Source: Psammoneis japonica (taxonomy: Eukaryota). Taken from it: a DNA stretch of 56,074 nt. The stretch covers positions 310,001 through 366,074 of the forward strand of contig QPGO01000078.1 in assembly GCA_008632985.1 (NCBI GenBank), given 5' to 3'. Shown here one piece after another: positions 37,277-48,182 of the stretch. The notes under the pieces are model-generated. The model worked only from the letters and a program-made list of their open reading frames with translations, had not been told where the DNA came from and made no database searches. Each line of letters opens with the position of its first letter. Position 1 is the stretch's first letter. The position numbers were made by a program, and so were the translations under genes.

Positions 37277-38190
37277 GTGAAAGTGCATGAGGAGGCCCTC
37301 AAGTCAATCCTTAGGACTCTACCCAACATCAAGGCCAGAGCCATCCAATGTGGCAGCAAGACCAGAGCATGGCCATCAGCTCACCCATCGACACTGAATG
37401 GCCGGGAACTCTCATGCCCTGAGTTCCATGGTGTGCTCTGCTTTGGGCATGGCGGTGCTCCGCCGGGGACCCACCCAAGTGCTGTGATGGATGCAGGCAC
37501 AAATTCTCCGTCAACCATGCCCTTCACTGCAAGAATGGTCCAGCTGTCTCATGACATGATGAAGAAGCACACGTGATGACCCATGTGACCTCGTTGGCGA
37601 GGCTTGCTTGCAAGCCTTCCTGCACTCATGATGGGCCCCTGATTGACCCCGCTGGTCACCTCTCTCAGGAAGCTCAAGCACCTCCAACAGTCAATCAGGC
37701 AGCACTGACTCCAACATGTCTGAGGATGGAGACAATGGAGATCTTCTCCCCTTTGGATTTTAGGACAGAAGGACAGACACCATCATGGACATCTGCACTC
37801 CAGACACAAATGCGACATGGAAGTTGCGCCTGTCGAAGACACCAGAAGAAGTCCTGGCAACCCACAAATGTGAGAAAAAGTGCAAGCACCTCAAGCCCTG
37901 CCTTGAGCAAAGATGTCACTTTGCTCCAATCATTGCATCATGCAATGGGCTGGTTGGCAATGAAGAAGAGGCCAAAGTGGTGCTGTGCACGATCTCTTCT
38001 CACGCAGCTGACAAGTGGCAGAAAAGCCATGTTCAGAGAGGTGTGTGGCTGCGTCAATGCAGAACGTGCATCACGACAGCATGAGCAACTCATCATTGCA
38101 TCAGAAGGTCATGCATCTCCTCATCTTAGATCAGCTCCAGGCATCCCCAGTGGGAAGCAAGATGGTTCTGGTCTGTCACTTTGTTGACAC
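37277..38190 (+). pseudogene. 5'-truncated relic of an RLE-type non-LTR retrotransposon (C-terminal Zn knuckle/endonuclease)
   Basis: Pieces NGRELSCPEF, CDGC..FS..HAL.CK, DLLP/GF and DICTPDTNA..PEEVLA..EKKCKHLKPCLEQRCHFAP..SCNGLVG match the recalled C-terminus EKKRKYL..C...RRHFTP...DG. Confidence 0.7.
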
Positions 38191-39703
38191 CAAACTGCCT
38201 GAGTTGAGCTGGGTCTCCCTCCACAGGATGGAATTCTGACCCCTGATCATCAGCTGTGACCAAAACTGTGCTCCCATGATGGCCACATCCACACCAACAC
38301 AAGAATGGTTGCTGCGCCACAGTCCATGTTTGCTTGACAACTGCCCCTTGCTCACATGACTGCACTGTTGACGGCATGATGCCCAATGTCTCTGCTCATG
38401 CACAGACCCGCTCTGGAGGGGGTCTGTGCACTCTCATGGAAATGTGTGTGTTTTGCACCACGCAAAATGCCCCTTGAACCTTCTCCGCCAAGCAGGCAGG
38501 TGGCAGGTGTGAAAAACATTTCATGTCCAAGAAAGAGTTTGTTGGGGCTGACAAACAGCATTGACCCCTGCAGTGCCGCTGGTGCAAAATCTGCACAAAT
38601 GAAGAGACATGCTCTGGAGCATGTCTGTGCAAATTCAAATTCACAAAAGACAAGCAGAGTCATTCAGTGAATCAAACATTGTCATCATTTCATTCCAATT
38701 GTCTCAAGGTTCAACAAAACAAAACATCTGCCATCACGGAAACAGAGCAACCATCACCAAAAATGGATCCTGCCTTCTTTGCGTGCAAACAACTGAGTGA
38801 CAATGCCCAACAACACCCTGGCAAGCAACGTGAGTGGTGTTCACTGATCTACAAGCCGGGGTTGCAACATGCAATCAAAGTCATTGGATGATGTGCTGCG
38901 TGCTTTCATTTCTGGGTCAAGTTGTTGGTTTCTTCTCATTGCTCATCATCACAGATTTTCCTGCAGGGCATGGCCAGCTGTGTGCTGACCTTGAACCTGA
39001 CATCAGAGGTGGGTTCCATGCAGGTTTGGCACTGATCTGGTGGTGGGGGGGGGGTTCTTTCCTCAAATGCAGGGATGACCCACATTCAATGCAACAAACC
39101 TGCATTTTTTTTGCACAACCCTCCTGGCTGACTCCCTTGGTGCCTGCATGACTCCTGCAGCATGCTGAAATTTAGTTGGTGCTTCCTGGATTTAATTTGT
39201 CCCACTCCGCAGGAAACCAAAACATTCTTCCAAATTCTCCCAGAAGTGCTCTTCCCCATGTGTTTTCCACACAGATGTGCTGCACAAATCACAAGCTTTT
39301 CTGTGTGATGCTCTTTTTTTGTTCCAATTGCCAAAAATGTTGCTTGCAAAAAGAGTGGAAATGTGTGCCCAGGTTCCTTCTGGTGGTCACCAATCACCAT
39401 GGTGTGCTGTTGTGGTGCTGAGTTGGCGAAAAAAGAAATGAGAAACTAGATCAGTTGAGTGCTGTGGCATCATCATGCCAAAAGCAGCCAATGAGAATGT
39501 GCACCCAGGTGGAGGTGCATGATCTGCACATGTTGTCACGTGTGGGACTTCACTTTGTGTGTTTTTGCATGACAAAGCACAACATGTTTCACAGATCAAC
39601 TTGGTGCATGACTGCCCTTTCCCATGTTGTGTCAGAGGGTGTGCCCACCAACATGGGACTTTGGCCCAGGGTGCCCTGGAGCAACACTCAACTTTGCCAC
39701 CAG

Positions 39704-39793
39704 ACTTCATTTGGGGCAAAACTTGACTTTGGGACAAAACTTGGTGTGAAACTCAACTTTGGAGTGAAACTTTGCTTTTGTTCAAAACTTGAC
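39704..39793. repeat. Degenerate ~18-bp tandem repeat (ACTTTGGnnCAAAACTTG-like)
   Basis: Four to five imperfect units visible. Confidence 0.55.
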
Positions 39794-40820
39794 GATGGTG
39801 ACCTGGGGTGCATGAAGCATGTGCAGTGCAGTTGACACATGGACTCATGATGAAAAGCAAGACCCGTCACACTCATGGAAATTGGGGTGCAATTTGGGGG
39901 TGCAAAAACTCACATGTCATGCAAATTTGCACCCCAAAATTACAGGTGATTTTTGCATGAGTGCAAGAGTGTGAAAGTTGACATCTGCAATTCTGCAAGA
40001 AATGGCACATGCATTGGACACAAGCTGCTGAACAATTGTTGACAGCGGAGCAGGCAGGAATGACTCCACACCTCCAATTTTGGTCAACTCATCTGCACGT
40101 GAAGCTGAACATCCCAATGAATGCATCAAAAACACCATGGCATTCAGTGGCTCCGCTGTGACCTTGTGCACATCAAATCATTGTTCTGACAAGTCTGGTT
40201 GATTTGCAACAACATGATTGGCATCACATGTTGCCGTTGCACCCACAGGCAAGGTTTTTTTCAGTGACCACATGATGTGTTTTTCTTTTGAAATGGTGTG
40301 AACTTGCCTTCATTTTGTTGTCCCTTGACGGCAATCTCACTTTCATGAACACGTCACAATGGCTCTCCAGCAACCAGCAACAAGTTTTGCATCTCACATT
40401 GATTGAAGTTCATTGTTGATTGTTGGTTGCCATTGTTGCTTGACATTCTGATGTTTGTTGCCATCACAGATGATGATGCTGATGTGAGTCCATTTTTGTG
40501 CGAAAAATTGCAGGCAAAAATGCATGTCTCTGGTGGCCGATTTGTTGGCTGGAGATTCTGGCAAATCCGTTGAAGCTGTTGCGGGGCCCGCACAGCTTCT
40601 GGAAGGTGCATGTTGGCTTTCTTGATTAATTGACAAATGCATTTTGAATCAAAACGAGCAGTGAAGAAACACAAACAAATGCGTGCGTGGATGTGCACAT
40701 GTTCCATTTGCTCATGCGTGCACACACTCTCTTTGCACAGATCCCATTGCCTGATTTACATTGGTGTCATCCAGCATTGTTGGTTGTGCAACTGGAATTG
40801 AAAAAAGTTAAAACTGCATG

Positions 40821-41158
40821 GTTTCAATGGAAATCTGTTGAAACTAAATCCATTGAAACTGCCAAATCCATTGAAACTGAACATGGCACACAGCATTCAT
40901 GCCCACCACAGGACTGCCCTCCAGCTGGCACTGGCTCTGGCTCTCCAGAGCCTCGCAATTGGTCGTGGCATTGGAAAATCATTGAAAGCACTGAAAATTG
41001 TTTCCACAGTTTCAACGGAAATCTGTTGAAACAAAAAATGTTGAAACCACACAGTTTCAATGGAAATCTGTTGAAACTGTTTCTGTTGTTGAAGCTGAAA
41101 ATGTCGAAACTAAAAACATTGAAACTGTGCAGCTCCAACGGAAATCTGTTGAAACTGC
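40821..41158. repeat. Cluster of palindromic 24-bp repeats GTTTCAAYGGAAATCTGTTGAAAC plus many TTGAAAC half-sites
   Basis: Copies at 40821-40844, 41009-41032, 41054-41077 and 41132-41155. Confidence 0.8.
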
Positions 41159-42417
41159 ACAGGACAAGCAAATTGCTTTCAATCTAAAACACTTGACACT
41201 CAACAAACAACTTGGCATCAATTGACACGCAAGAACACTCTGTGCATTTACCTTGGTTAACTGACAAATGTGTGTGACACTTTAGAGGCTCTCATCAACT
41301 TGTCATTGTGCACCCATTGTGTTAAATTTCACAATTAGCGACAATTGTCTTTGATCATGCAGAGCTTCATAGAAACTTGGCGCACCTTCAACAGCACTCA
41401 GAGATCATCAGAAACATGGGAGTTCCCTCCTTCTCAAGCAGCATGAGTTCCCATGTCAACATGGAATGCCTTGGGTTTGATCTAAGTGAAAAGAGATGCA
41501 TGCCACATGTTGACAATGTTTTAGTTCCAAAACAACAATGATCCTTGGCATGATCATGGCTGGATTCAGTCCTTCCATGACAAGCTGATGGTGGAGAAGG
41601 AAATGGTGTGGCTTGATCTCTGCCACACTCACTTTGCCGCACACAAGTGGATCACAAAACATCCTGAAAGACTGACTGCATGGTTCAAAAAATTTGAGTG
41701 AGGGCCAAAAGTAAAGAAGGCATTGCCTGCCAAGAGGTGCACATCATGCATGAAGGAGACCTCTGCTTGCTTTACTAAATGTGTTAGCAGTGCATGATTG
41801 CCATTCCGCATCATTCATTGCAGCGCCACATGCATTGCGATCATTGAGATGGTGGGCTTGTAGATCAAATGGACAATGACAGATTTGTGGCACCAAGAGT
41901 TGGAAAGTCCGATTTGGACTCTTCGGACCCCTGGTGGGAGGAAGAACATGATGATGAGATGTCGGTATCATTTATAAACTACACCTGGTGCAAGGGTGAA
42001 AACTCTTAAGTACTCGACATGCAGTCGAGTCTCTGCCTCTGGGCAGGCGGCAACGGATCAATAGGACGGCCAGGGAGTGACGCCTTGAACTACATTTCCA
42101 CCGAATAGTGTAGGCGCTCCCACCCGTCAATCCTCGTTCCAAGAACAATATCATACAAGCACTCATCTCACAAAACTGTTCTGTCGGAGTATCACAGCGT
42201 TTTATTTTTACCGCTTGTTAAAAGAATACAATGTTTTTTGGAAGGTATTTCTCTTCGTTCAAGGACGCATTCAGAATATGTTATGTGTCTGACGCTCATG
42301 TCAGTTACTTGCAGAGACATGGATAGACCGCTTTCAAGATCCATTACATCACATGCACGTGCATTCATCAAAGACAATTATCAACAATCAATAATGCAAA
42401 CAAAGGACTAATCATGT

Positions 42418-43074
42418 TCATCCACAGACACAAACGGCACCAATAGGCTGGCCCTGTTGATTGGAATGAGTCGGGTAAAACTCACAACCTGCACCAATGC
42501 AGGCCGCAGCCAGGGTGTTACAAGCATCCGCATCGTTCGTGCACCAACAAAAGTTACCAAGACACCCCAGACTTTCGCTTGATGATTCTGGTGGGACTGG
42601 TGGCGACGGCGCCACAAGCCATCGGGGGGTCTTGATTTGTTCCAATCCCTTGATCCAAAGATAAAGGTCAAGCATGGCTCTTGTTTGTGTCGAGTTATAG
42701 ACGCGCCGGGAATGACCAACCTCCCAACGTTTATTTTCGCTTTGTTTCAATACCGTGTGCCAACGCTTGCCACTACGACCTTGTCCTGGTTGAATCGTGT
42801 GAACAATAGAAGCAACATCATCTCCGCGAGCATTTTTAACAACGGCCGAGTAGGTCCCAGCCCCAATGTTGTGACGTTCGACGAGACGTGTTGCACCGAG
42901 ATCAAGAGGATCTGTGCGGAGCTTGTAGGATGTGGTTCGATGACGTTTTTGGTTTTCTTTTATATCAAGATTCGCAGCATTCTCACAGCAAGCCATTGGC
43001 ATCAACAACAACAACAACAGGAGCAGAATCACCGCCAGTCCAACAATGTTGGTGAAAGAAGGAGGCATCATCAT
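42418..43074 (-). CDS. Putative secreted protein with Cys-rich C-terminus
   Basis: Hydrophobic signal (GLAVILLLLLLLMP); about 218-aa ORF; C-terminal CLGNFCWC..C..C..C..CVC in non-hypermutated DNA. Confidence 0.55.
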   Translation of the reverse strand: MMMPPSFTNIVGLAVILLLLLLLLMPMACCENAANLDIKENQKRHRTTSYKLRTDPLDLGATRLVERHNIGAGTYSAVVKNARGDDVASIVHTIQPGQGRSGKRWHTVLKQSENKRWEVGHSRRVYNSTQTRAMLDLYLWIKGLEQIKTPRWLVAPSPPVPPESSSESLGCLGNFCWCTNDADACNTLAAACIGAGCEFYPTHSNQQGQPIGAVCVCG

Positions 43075-43688
43075 GTCGTCGCATGACAACACAACACAGC
43101 AATGTGTCAAGAACTCATTGGCTGTGACGCGACTTCAACATCTTTTGATGTCAGACTTCTGAGATGGGAAAACAACGGAAGAATGATTCACAGATTCACA
43201 GACACAGACGTCCCGACAAGCCGACAAGCGTTGCAATGACATCAATCGTGCCCATCTTGATTGACCAGGACCAGCATGCTTGACAATCACATTTTTTACA
43301 CGTTACACTTGAAACACGTCGTGGCTCGTTCAACGCAACATCATGAGCAACGAATTTGGTTTTTGCGATCTTTGCCATGTTGATGCAAGATCCACTCACA
43401 CCCAAAAAGTGGCGGGACCAACCTGACGTGGTGCGGCTTACTTATGGAATGACACTCTAATGACGTCATGAATGTCGCACTGCAAACGAAAAAGAACAGA
43501 ACAGATGACGGCGACGTCACGGCGAAAGTTTGGAGGCTTATTTTCTACGTGGATTTTGTACCACGTCCTACGATGAATCAGCCAGAGAGGCTTTTTGCTC
43601 GTGCTCTCGGTGCTCGACACGCCTCAACACATTCCGCCGAGAACAACAGAGAGAAGAACATTGCTGTGAGAATAACACTGAAACGACA

Positions 43689-45071
43689 ATGACAACAATA
43701 ACACACAAGAGATCAAGACGGCTTGTCGTTGCCATTATGGCGCTATCATCAACAGCGTATGCTGCTTTTACGCCAAGCAATCATCCCCGTCGGACAGCGG
43801 CGGTGGCAGTGGCGCCCCAACAAAAGCTTTGTGCTGCCACCGAGTCGTCCGACTTTTTACAAAAACCCGTGTCCTCCACTCTGGCTTCTTCGTCACCGTA
43901 TCGTGCCGATGTAGATGAACAGCGAGAGTTTGAAATGAACATTGGTAAAGCGGTCGATACGCTCAGAAATGATTATCCCGATATTTTGACGGAAAGTCCA
44001 GGTACGGAATAAGGATATTGCCTTATTCAAACTCGTTGTTTGGAATAAGAAAACAGAGTTGGACTGAAGAAAGATTAAATACGCAATTGTGTTTTCATGC
44101 TTTTTCTGACTCACCGCGTGTTGCTTACTACTTGTCTCATGATTGCAGATTTTAGCATTTACCACAAAGACATTGAAGCAGTCGATCCATCGGGAGTTAC
44201 GTTGAATGGCCTAAAGAATTACAAGTATACTTTTCGTTTTCTCCACGGTATTATCAATTTGTTTTATTGCCCAGAACGCTCGGGTTTGACGTTTCGCATG
44301 GTGTACGACAGTGCACATAAAAACATTCGAGTCTCGTGGAATGCCGAAATTATCCCAAAGGCTATTTTTGGTGGACAAAAAACAACCCTTCACGTGGATG
44401 GAATTTCGGTCTACGAGCTCGATCGTGCGTCGGGATTGATCAATCAACACAGGGTCGAGCGGTTGGTGATCAACGATGCTCCGGTTCGACCCAAGATGGG
44501 CATTTTCCACGCTCTCACCAATGACATTGTCGATCCTGATCGTATTCCCGTGTGCAATTCAAACGGAAAGTCGCTCTTGGAATTTCGTTCTTGGAATCCA
44601 CTCGACATGAAAAGAGCGAAGACGTCCTTATTTTCGACAAACACGGACGACTCGTTTGACAAGGAAGCGTTTGAACGAAAAAATGCCTATCGTAAAAAGT
44701 TTGGTCTCGAGCCGTTGACACCGGATCAGTTTGAAGAAGTGGAGGCGCAAGTCCGAGAAATGGACACTCAACAACGCCAGCGACAAGCCGCCGCTGCGGC
44801 AGCCTCGGCAGCGGAGCTGTCCAATAAAAAGAAGGATCCCAACATTTTGCAAAAACTCTTTGGCAATGTCTTGGAGGACACGTGCGAATCCAATTTTGAT
44901 TGTGAACGGCCCGAAGTGTGTTGTGATTTTGGTTTCAAGAAAATGTGCTGCGCGTCCGGAATGAAGGTATCGAACCAACCCGTTCGACGACCGGGTGAAC
45001 GGGCGTTGGTTCCCGTTGTGGCGGGGTACCCGCCTGGAGAAGGTCCCATGGGCGACCCAACCAACTTTTAA
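43689..45071 (+). CDS. Putative plastid-targeted DUF2358/SnoaL-like protein, 2 exons (43689-44001, 44149-45071)
   Basis: Presequence AYAA-F; AVDTLRNDYP..DFSIY..DPSG, IRVSW, VDGISVY..G.I..H motifs; phase-1 GT-AG intron 44002-44148; C-terminal C..DC..CC..CC motif. Confidence 0.85.
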
Positions 45072-45734
45072 AAACGAGTGTGTTTATAATATAGATTGAA
45101 TTTGCTTGCTAGACTTTTACAATCATAAATCAAGAGTTTCGTTTAAGATGATGAATTCTCTCTAGATAGCTTTCAGCGTTGCTATCGATCCGGCTCAGCT
45201 ACATCCTCTTGGATGAGGCTTTGTTTCTTGGTAACCTTGGTTTGTTTCATACCGGGCGGTGCTCTGGAATCATCTTTGCAGAGTGCTTCTTCGTCTACTA
45301 GTAAGTTGGATCAGCGAACACTTGGTTCAATGCTTCAGTAGAATGAGCCGTTGCTGCTGTTGTTAACGCTTTCTTTTTGTTGTTCATGGTGGGAACTCGA
45401 CATGTTTGTGGACAGAGGGATGTTCATGTTCCTGTTTTCAAGGTTTCAATCCTTGTTTCAGGTTTTACGTTCCCTCTATAGAGCTAGCTAGAAGCCAGTT
45501 CTTTGCTCTCATAGTTGGCTACTCTCTGTCATCTTCTCTCTCTACGTCCTACATCGGTACAGGTCGTCGGTAGAGAATTTTTGTGGAACTGGGATGGCGG
45601 AAAGGCAGCTCGGATGTTTTAAGTACCGGTACTACTTTTGAAGTCTTGCGAGATTGAAAGATGTTGCCTTCGTGGTAACAAATGTAGCGAGTCAAATGTA
45701 GCTATAACTTCGCTCCGGGCCAACACGCTCTCCA

Positions 45735-46897
45735 CTAGTTTTTCACCTTCTTAAAAAAAGACCACGCATCCTGTACCCACTTTTCTGTCGTATGATGAAC
45801 TGTTTGGTATCGTTGTCGATTACCTCGAGCAACTTCCTCCTCCTTGGCATTTACCGTTGTGACGGCCGCCACGACCCCACCCGCCAAATGACTTGGACGA
45901 AATCGCAATCCATGAAAATGCGCCATTTTGCCTCCACCCGCACGAGCCAAATCAGGTTGACTGTTCCAAAACATTGGCAACTTGCTTGTAGGTATATTAC
46001 GGGTCGCCGTTGACAAGATCCCTCCCTGTGCATTACTGCAATCGACGCATTGTGGATAAAAACGATACTTTACCTTGAGTCCCAAAATCGTCGCCACAGC
46101 TTTTTATTCATTTGGCTCGCCACCGCCTTGGTGGCATGTGATCTGCAATGAAGCGAGGTGCTTTTCGACGAAACAATTGGTGTGATCCGCACGTGTGACA
46201 ACCCACCAAGCGCCCCAGCCGTTCAATGGCGGGCGTTGGGATGGAGTCGCATACCGTTCTGTGGCGGGTAAGCTGAACCGAGCAAAGGATCCCAAATTGG
46301 TAAAGGACGACGGAGCAATCGACCAGAAACGTCCACCCAGGAGTTTAAATGCAACCATTCCGACTGCGCAACTGATAATGTAGATGAAAAGTGAAATATC
46401 TTGTAAGCAAAATTGATTTCAAATACATGAGAAGATTTATTATGAACTTACATTCTTAGGGCGTGTGCACTGACGTGATAATCACCGACGGAAACCGCTT
46501 GAAGCTCTTGTTGCACCGCCGTCACGAAATTGAATCGTGATCTTGTCTTAAATCTCGAAAGCTGTTGCGTTGTTTCATACGTCCAAATCGAAACCTCATG
46601 ACTGGCCAAGGAAGCTAGTGCGACCGTGGCAATGCCAAGAAGAGTAGGGATGGGTGGCGGTGTGCCGGTCGACACACCCAACACTTTGAGTTGCGCCAAG
46701 GTCGACAAAGCCAATGTCGATCCAAACGCGGCACATCCGGCAAAAATGGGAAGTGTAGTTGGTGGTAAGGAGGATGTGACTAAATCGATCACGGCTGGAA
46801 CGTTCATGGTGGTGATTGATGGATTGATGATGTTGTCGTTGGCATGACTTTTTGCAGAAAGGGAAAACAGCCGTTTGAAATTCAAAAAATTCGCCAA
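45735..46897 (-). CDS. Membrane protein with C-terminal HNH-like Zn-binding domain; three 1-bp frameshifts in this assembly
   Basis: Hydrophobic exon 1 (46897 or 46807 to 46452); 80-bp GT-AG intron 46451-46372; reconstructed GCHTCG..DHMPP..RFYPQCVDCSNAQG. Confidence 0.7.
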
Positions 46898-47257
46898 TGC
46901 GGAATCCGGAATTTCAACGATCGTCTATCGTAGAGTCACTACCAGCTCTTACGTACGTATTCTTCAGTATGTTATGTATGTATGTCAGCATCGTGACATG
47001 GAAAGCACAGAAGCCCATAAAAGAAAATTGTGCGGCTCTTCTGACAACAACACGCAGCTCTAACTTGAAACTTCGTTTCCTATCACTTTCGAGTTCCAAT
47101 GATCGTTTCCAACAGCGTTTTACATATGAATCAATCGGTCGCTGCTTTACTACGTGCTTTTGACGAGAGCTATTGTCAATCATGAAGTCTGTGTCCGGCC
47201 AGCATGAAGGCATGGTTTTTGCACTCTTTCAACATTGCACAACTAGACAACTGAACT

Positions 47258-47833
47258 TTATTCTCTTGTTGAATACTGCACATAACCCACTCCCGCCAAA
47301 CTTCCCGCGGCAGATCCAATGCTGAGCGCTTGCAAGACGCCTCGAGTCCCGGGAGCGAGCTTGAGTGCTGTCGGCCCACCGGCCACTACCAAAGTCCCCG
47401 CCGCCGCTGCGATTCCAATCCACACACTGCGGTCCATGGCACGGACACGAAAATTGTGTTGCACGCCTCTCCAACGATCCTCGATACCCTCATCGTTCCA
47501 AGGACGTTTTTGATGTTCGCCCTTGGCCGCAACTCGCGATATTGCAAACGCTCCCGCCGACATGCCAAATGCCCCACCCATGATTCCAAAATTGCCAACC
47601 TGTTGCAACAGCGTCATAGCACCAAATGGCTTGTAGATTGGATACAGCGCCGTTCCAATCAATCCAAACAGTGGCGTCATGTAATCGTATCCAGATCCCA
47701 TAACGTGGTATGTCATGCCGAGTTTTGGATGCTTGTCAAAAAGATCCGCAACCGTGTTTTTGACGATGGGGCCGTCCATGTAGGATGGATCCAGCAATTT
47801 GTCACTCTCGCCGCTAGCATCATTGGATGACAT
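47258..47833 (-). CDS. Hypothetical small Gly/Ala-rich membrane protein
   Basis: About 191-aa ORF with several hydrophobic Gly/Ala helices and normal composition. Confidence 0.7.
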   Translation of the reverse strand: MSSNDASGESDKLLDPSYMDGPIVKNTVADLFDKHPKLGMTYHVMGSGYDYMTPLFGLIGTALYPIYKPFGAMTLLQQVGNFGIMGGAFGMSAGAFAISRVAAKGEHQKRPWNDEGIEDRWRGVQHNFRVRAMDRSVWIGIAAAAGTLVVAGGPTALKLAPGTRGVLQALSIGSAAGSLAGVGYVQYSTRE

Positions 47834-48182
47834 TGTGATTGGAACAATATAGTCGACCAGCAACTCTTACTATTTCATACACCTATTTTGACTGCAAATC
47901 GCAACAACGAACGCCGCAACGCGAACGCAACGCGAGATGTGATGGGTTGAGATCTTTGTGGAGAACAACATCGAACATCCACAAAACGCAGACACATTTT
48001 GGTATATGAACGACACGGGAACGTTGATTTGATAATTCAAAAGTTTATACAGACAATATGTTTTGGTACTTCTACAAGAAGTCTTCGTAGAATTTCTCGC
48101 ATGTAAATCTCACGTAAAATTCATACCACGCGCTGTGATAAAAACACACAGCAACGGCCAAACAACAACCGCATCACCCACC

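Noticed and set aside
40821..41158. CRISPR-like repeats (GTTTCAA...TTGAAAC ends)
   Set aside because: Spacing is irregular (gaps of 164, 21 and 54 bp), the spacers contain repeat half-sites, there are no cas genes, and the context is eukaryotic TE DNA.
27500..41950. Dozens of short Cys/His-rich ORFs on both strands (also 53.3-56 kb)
   Set aside because: Expected artefact of TA loss, which removes TAA/TAG stops and creates TGY/CAY codons; these are not metal-binding genes.
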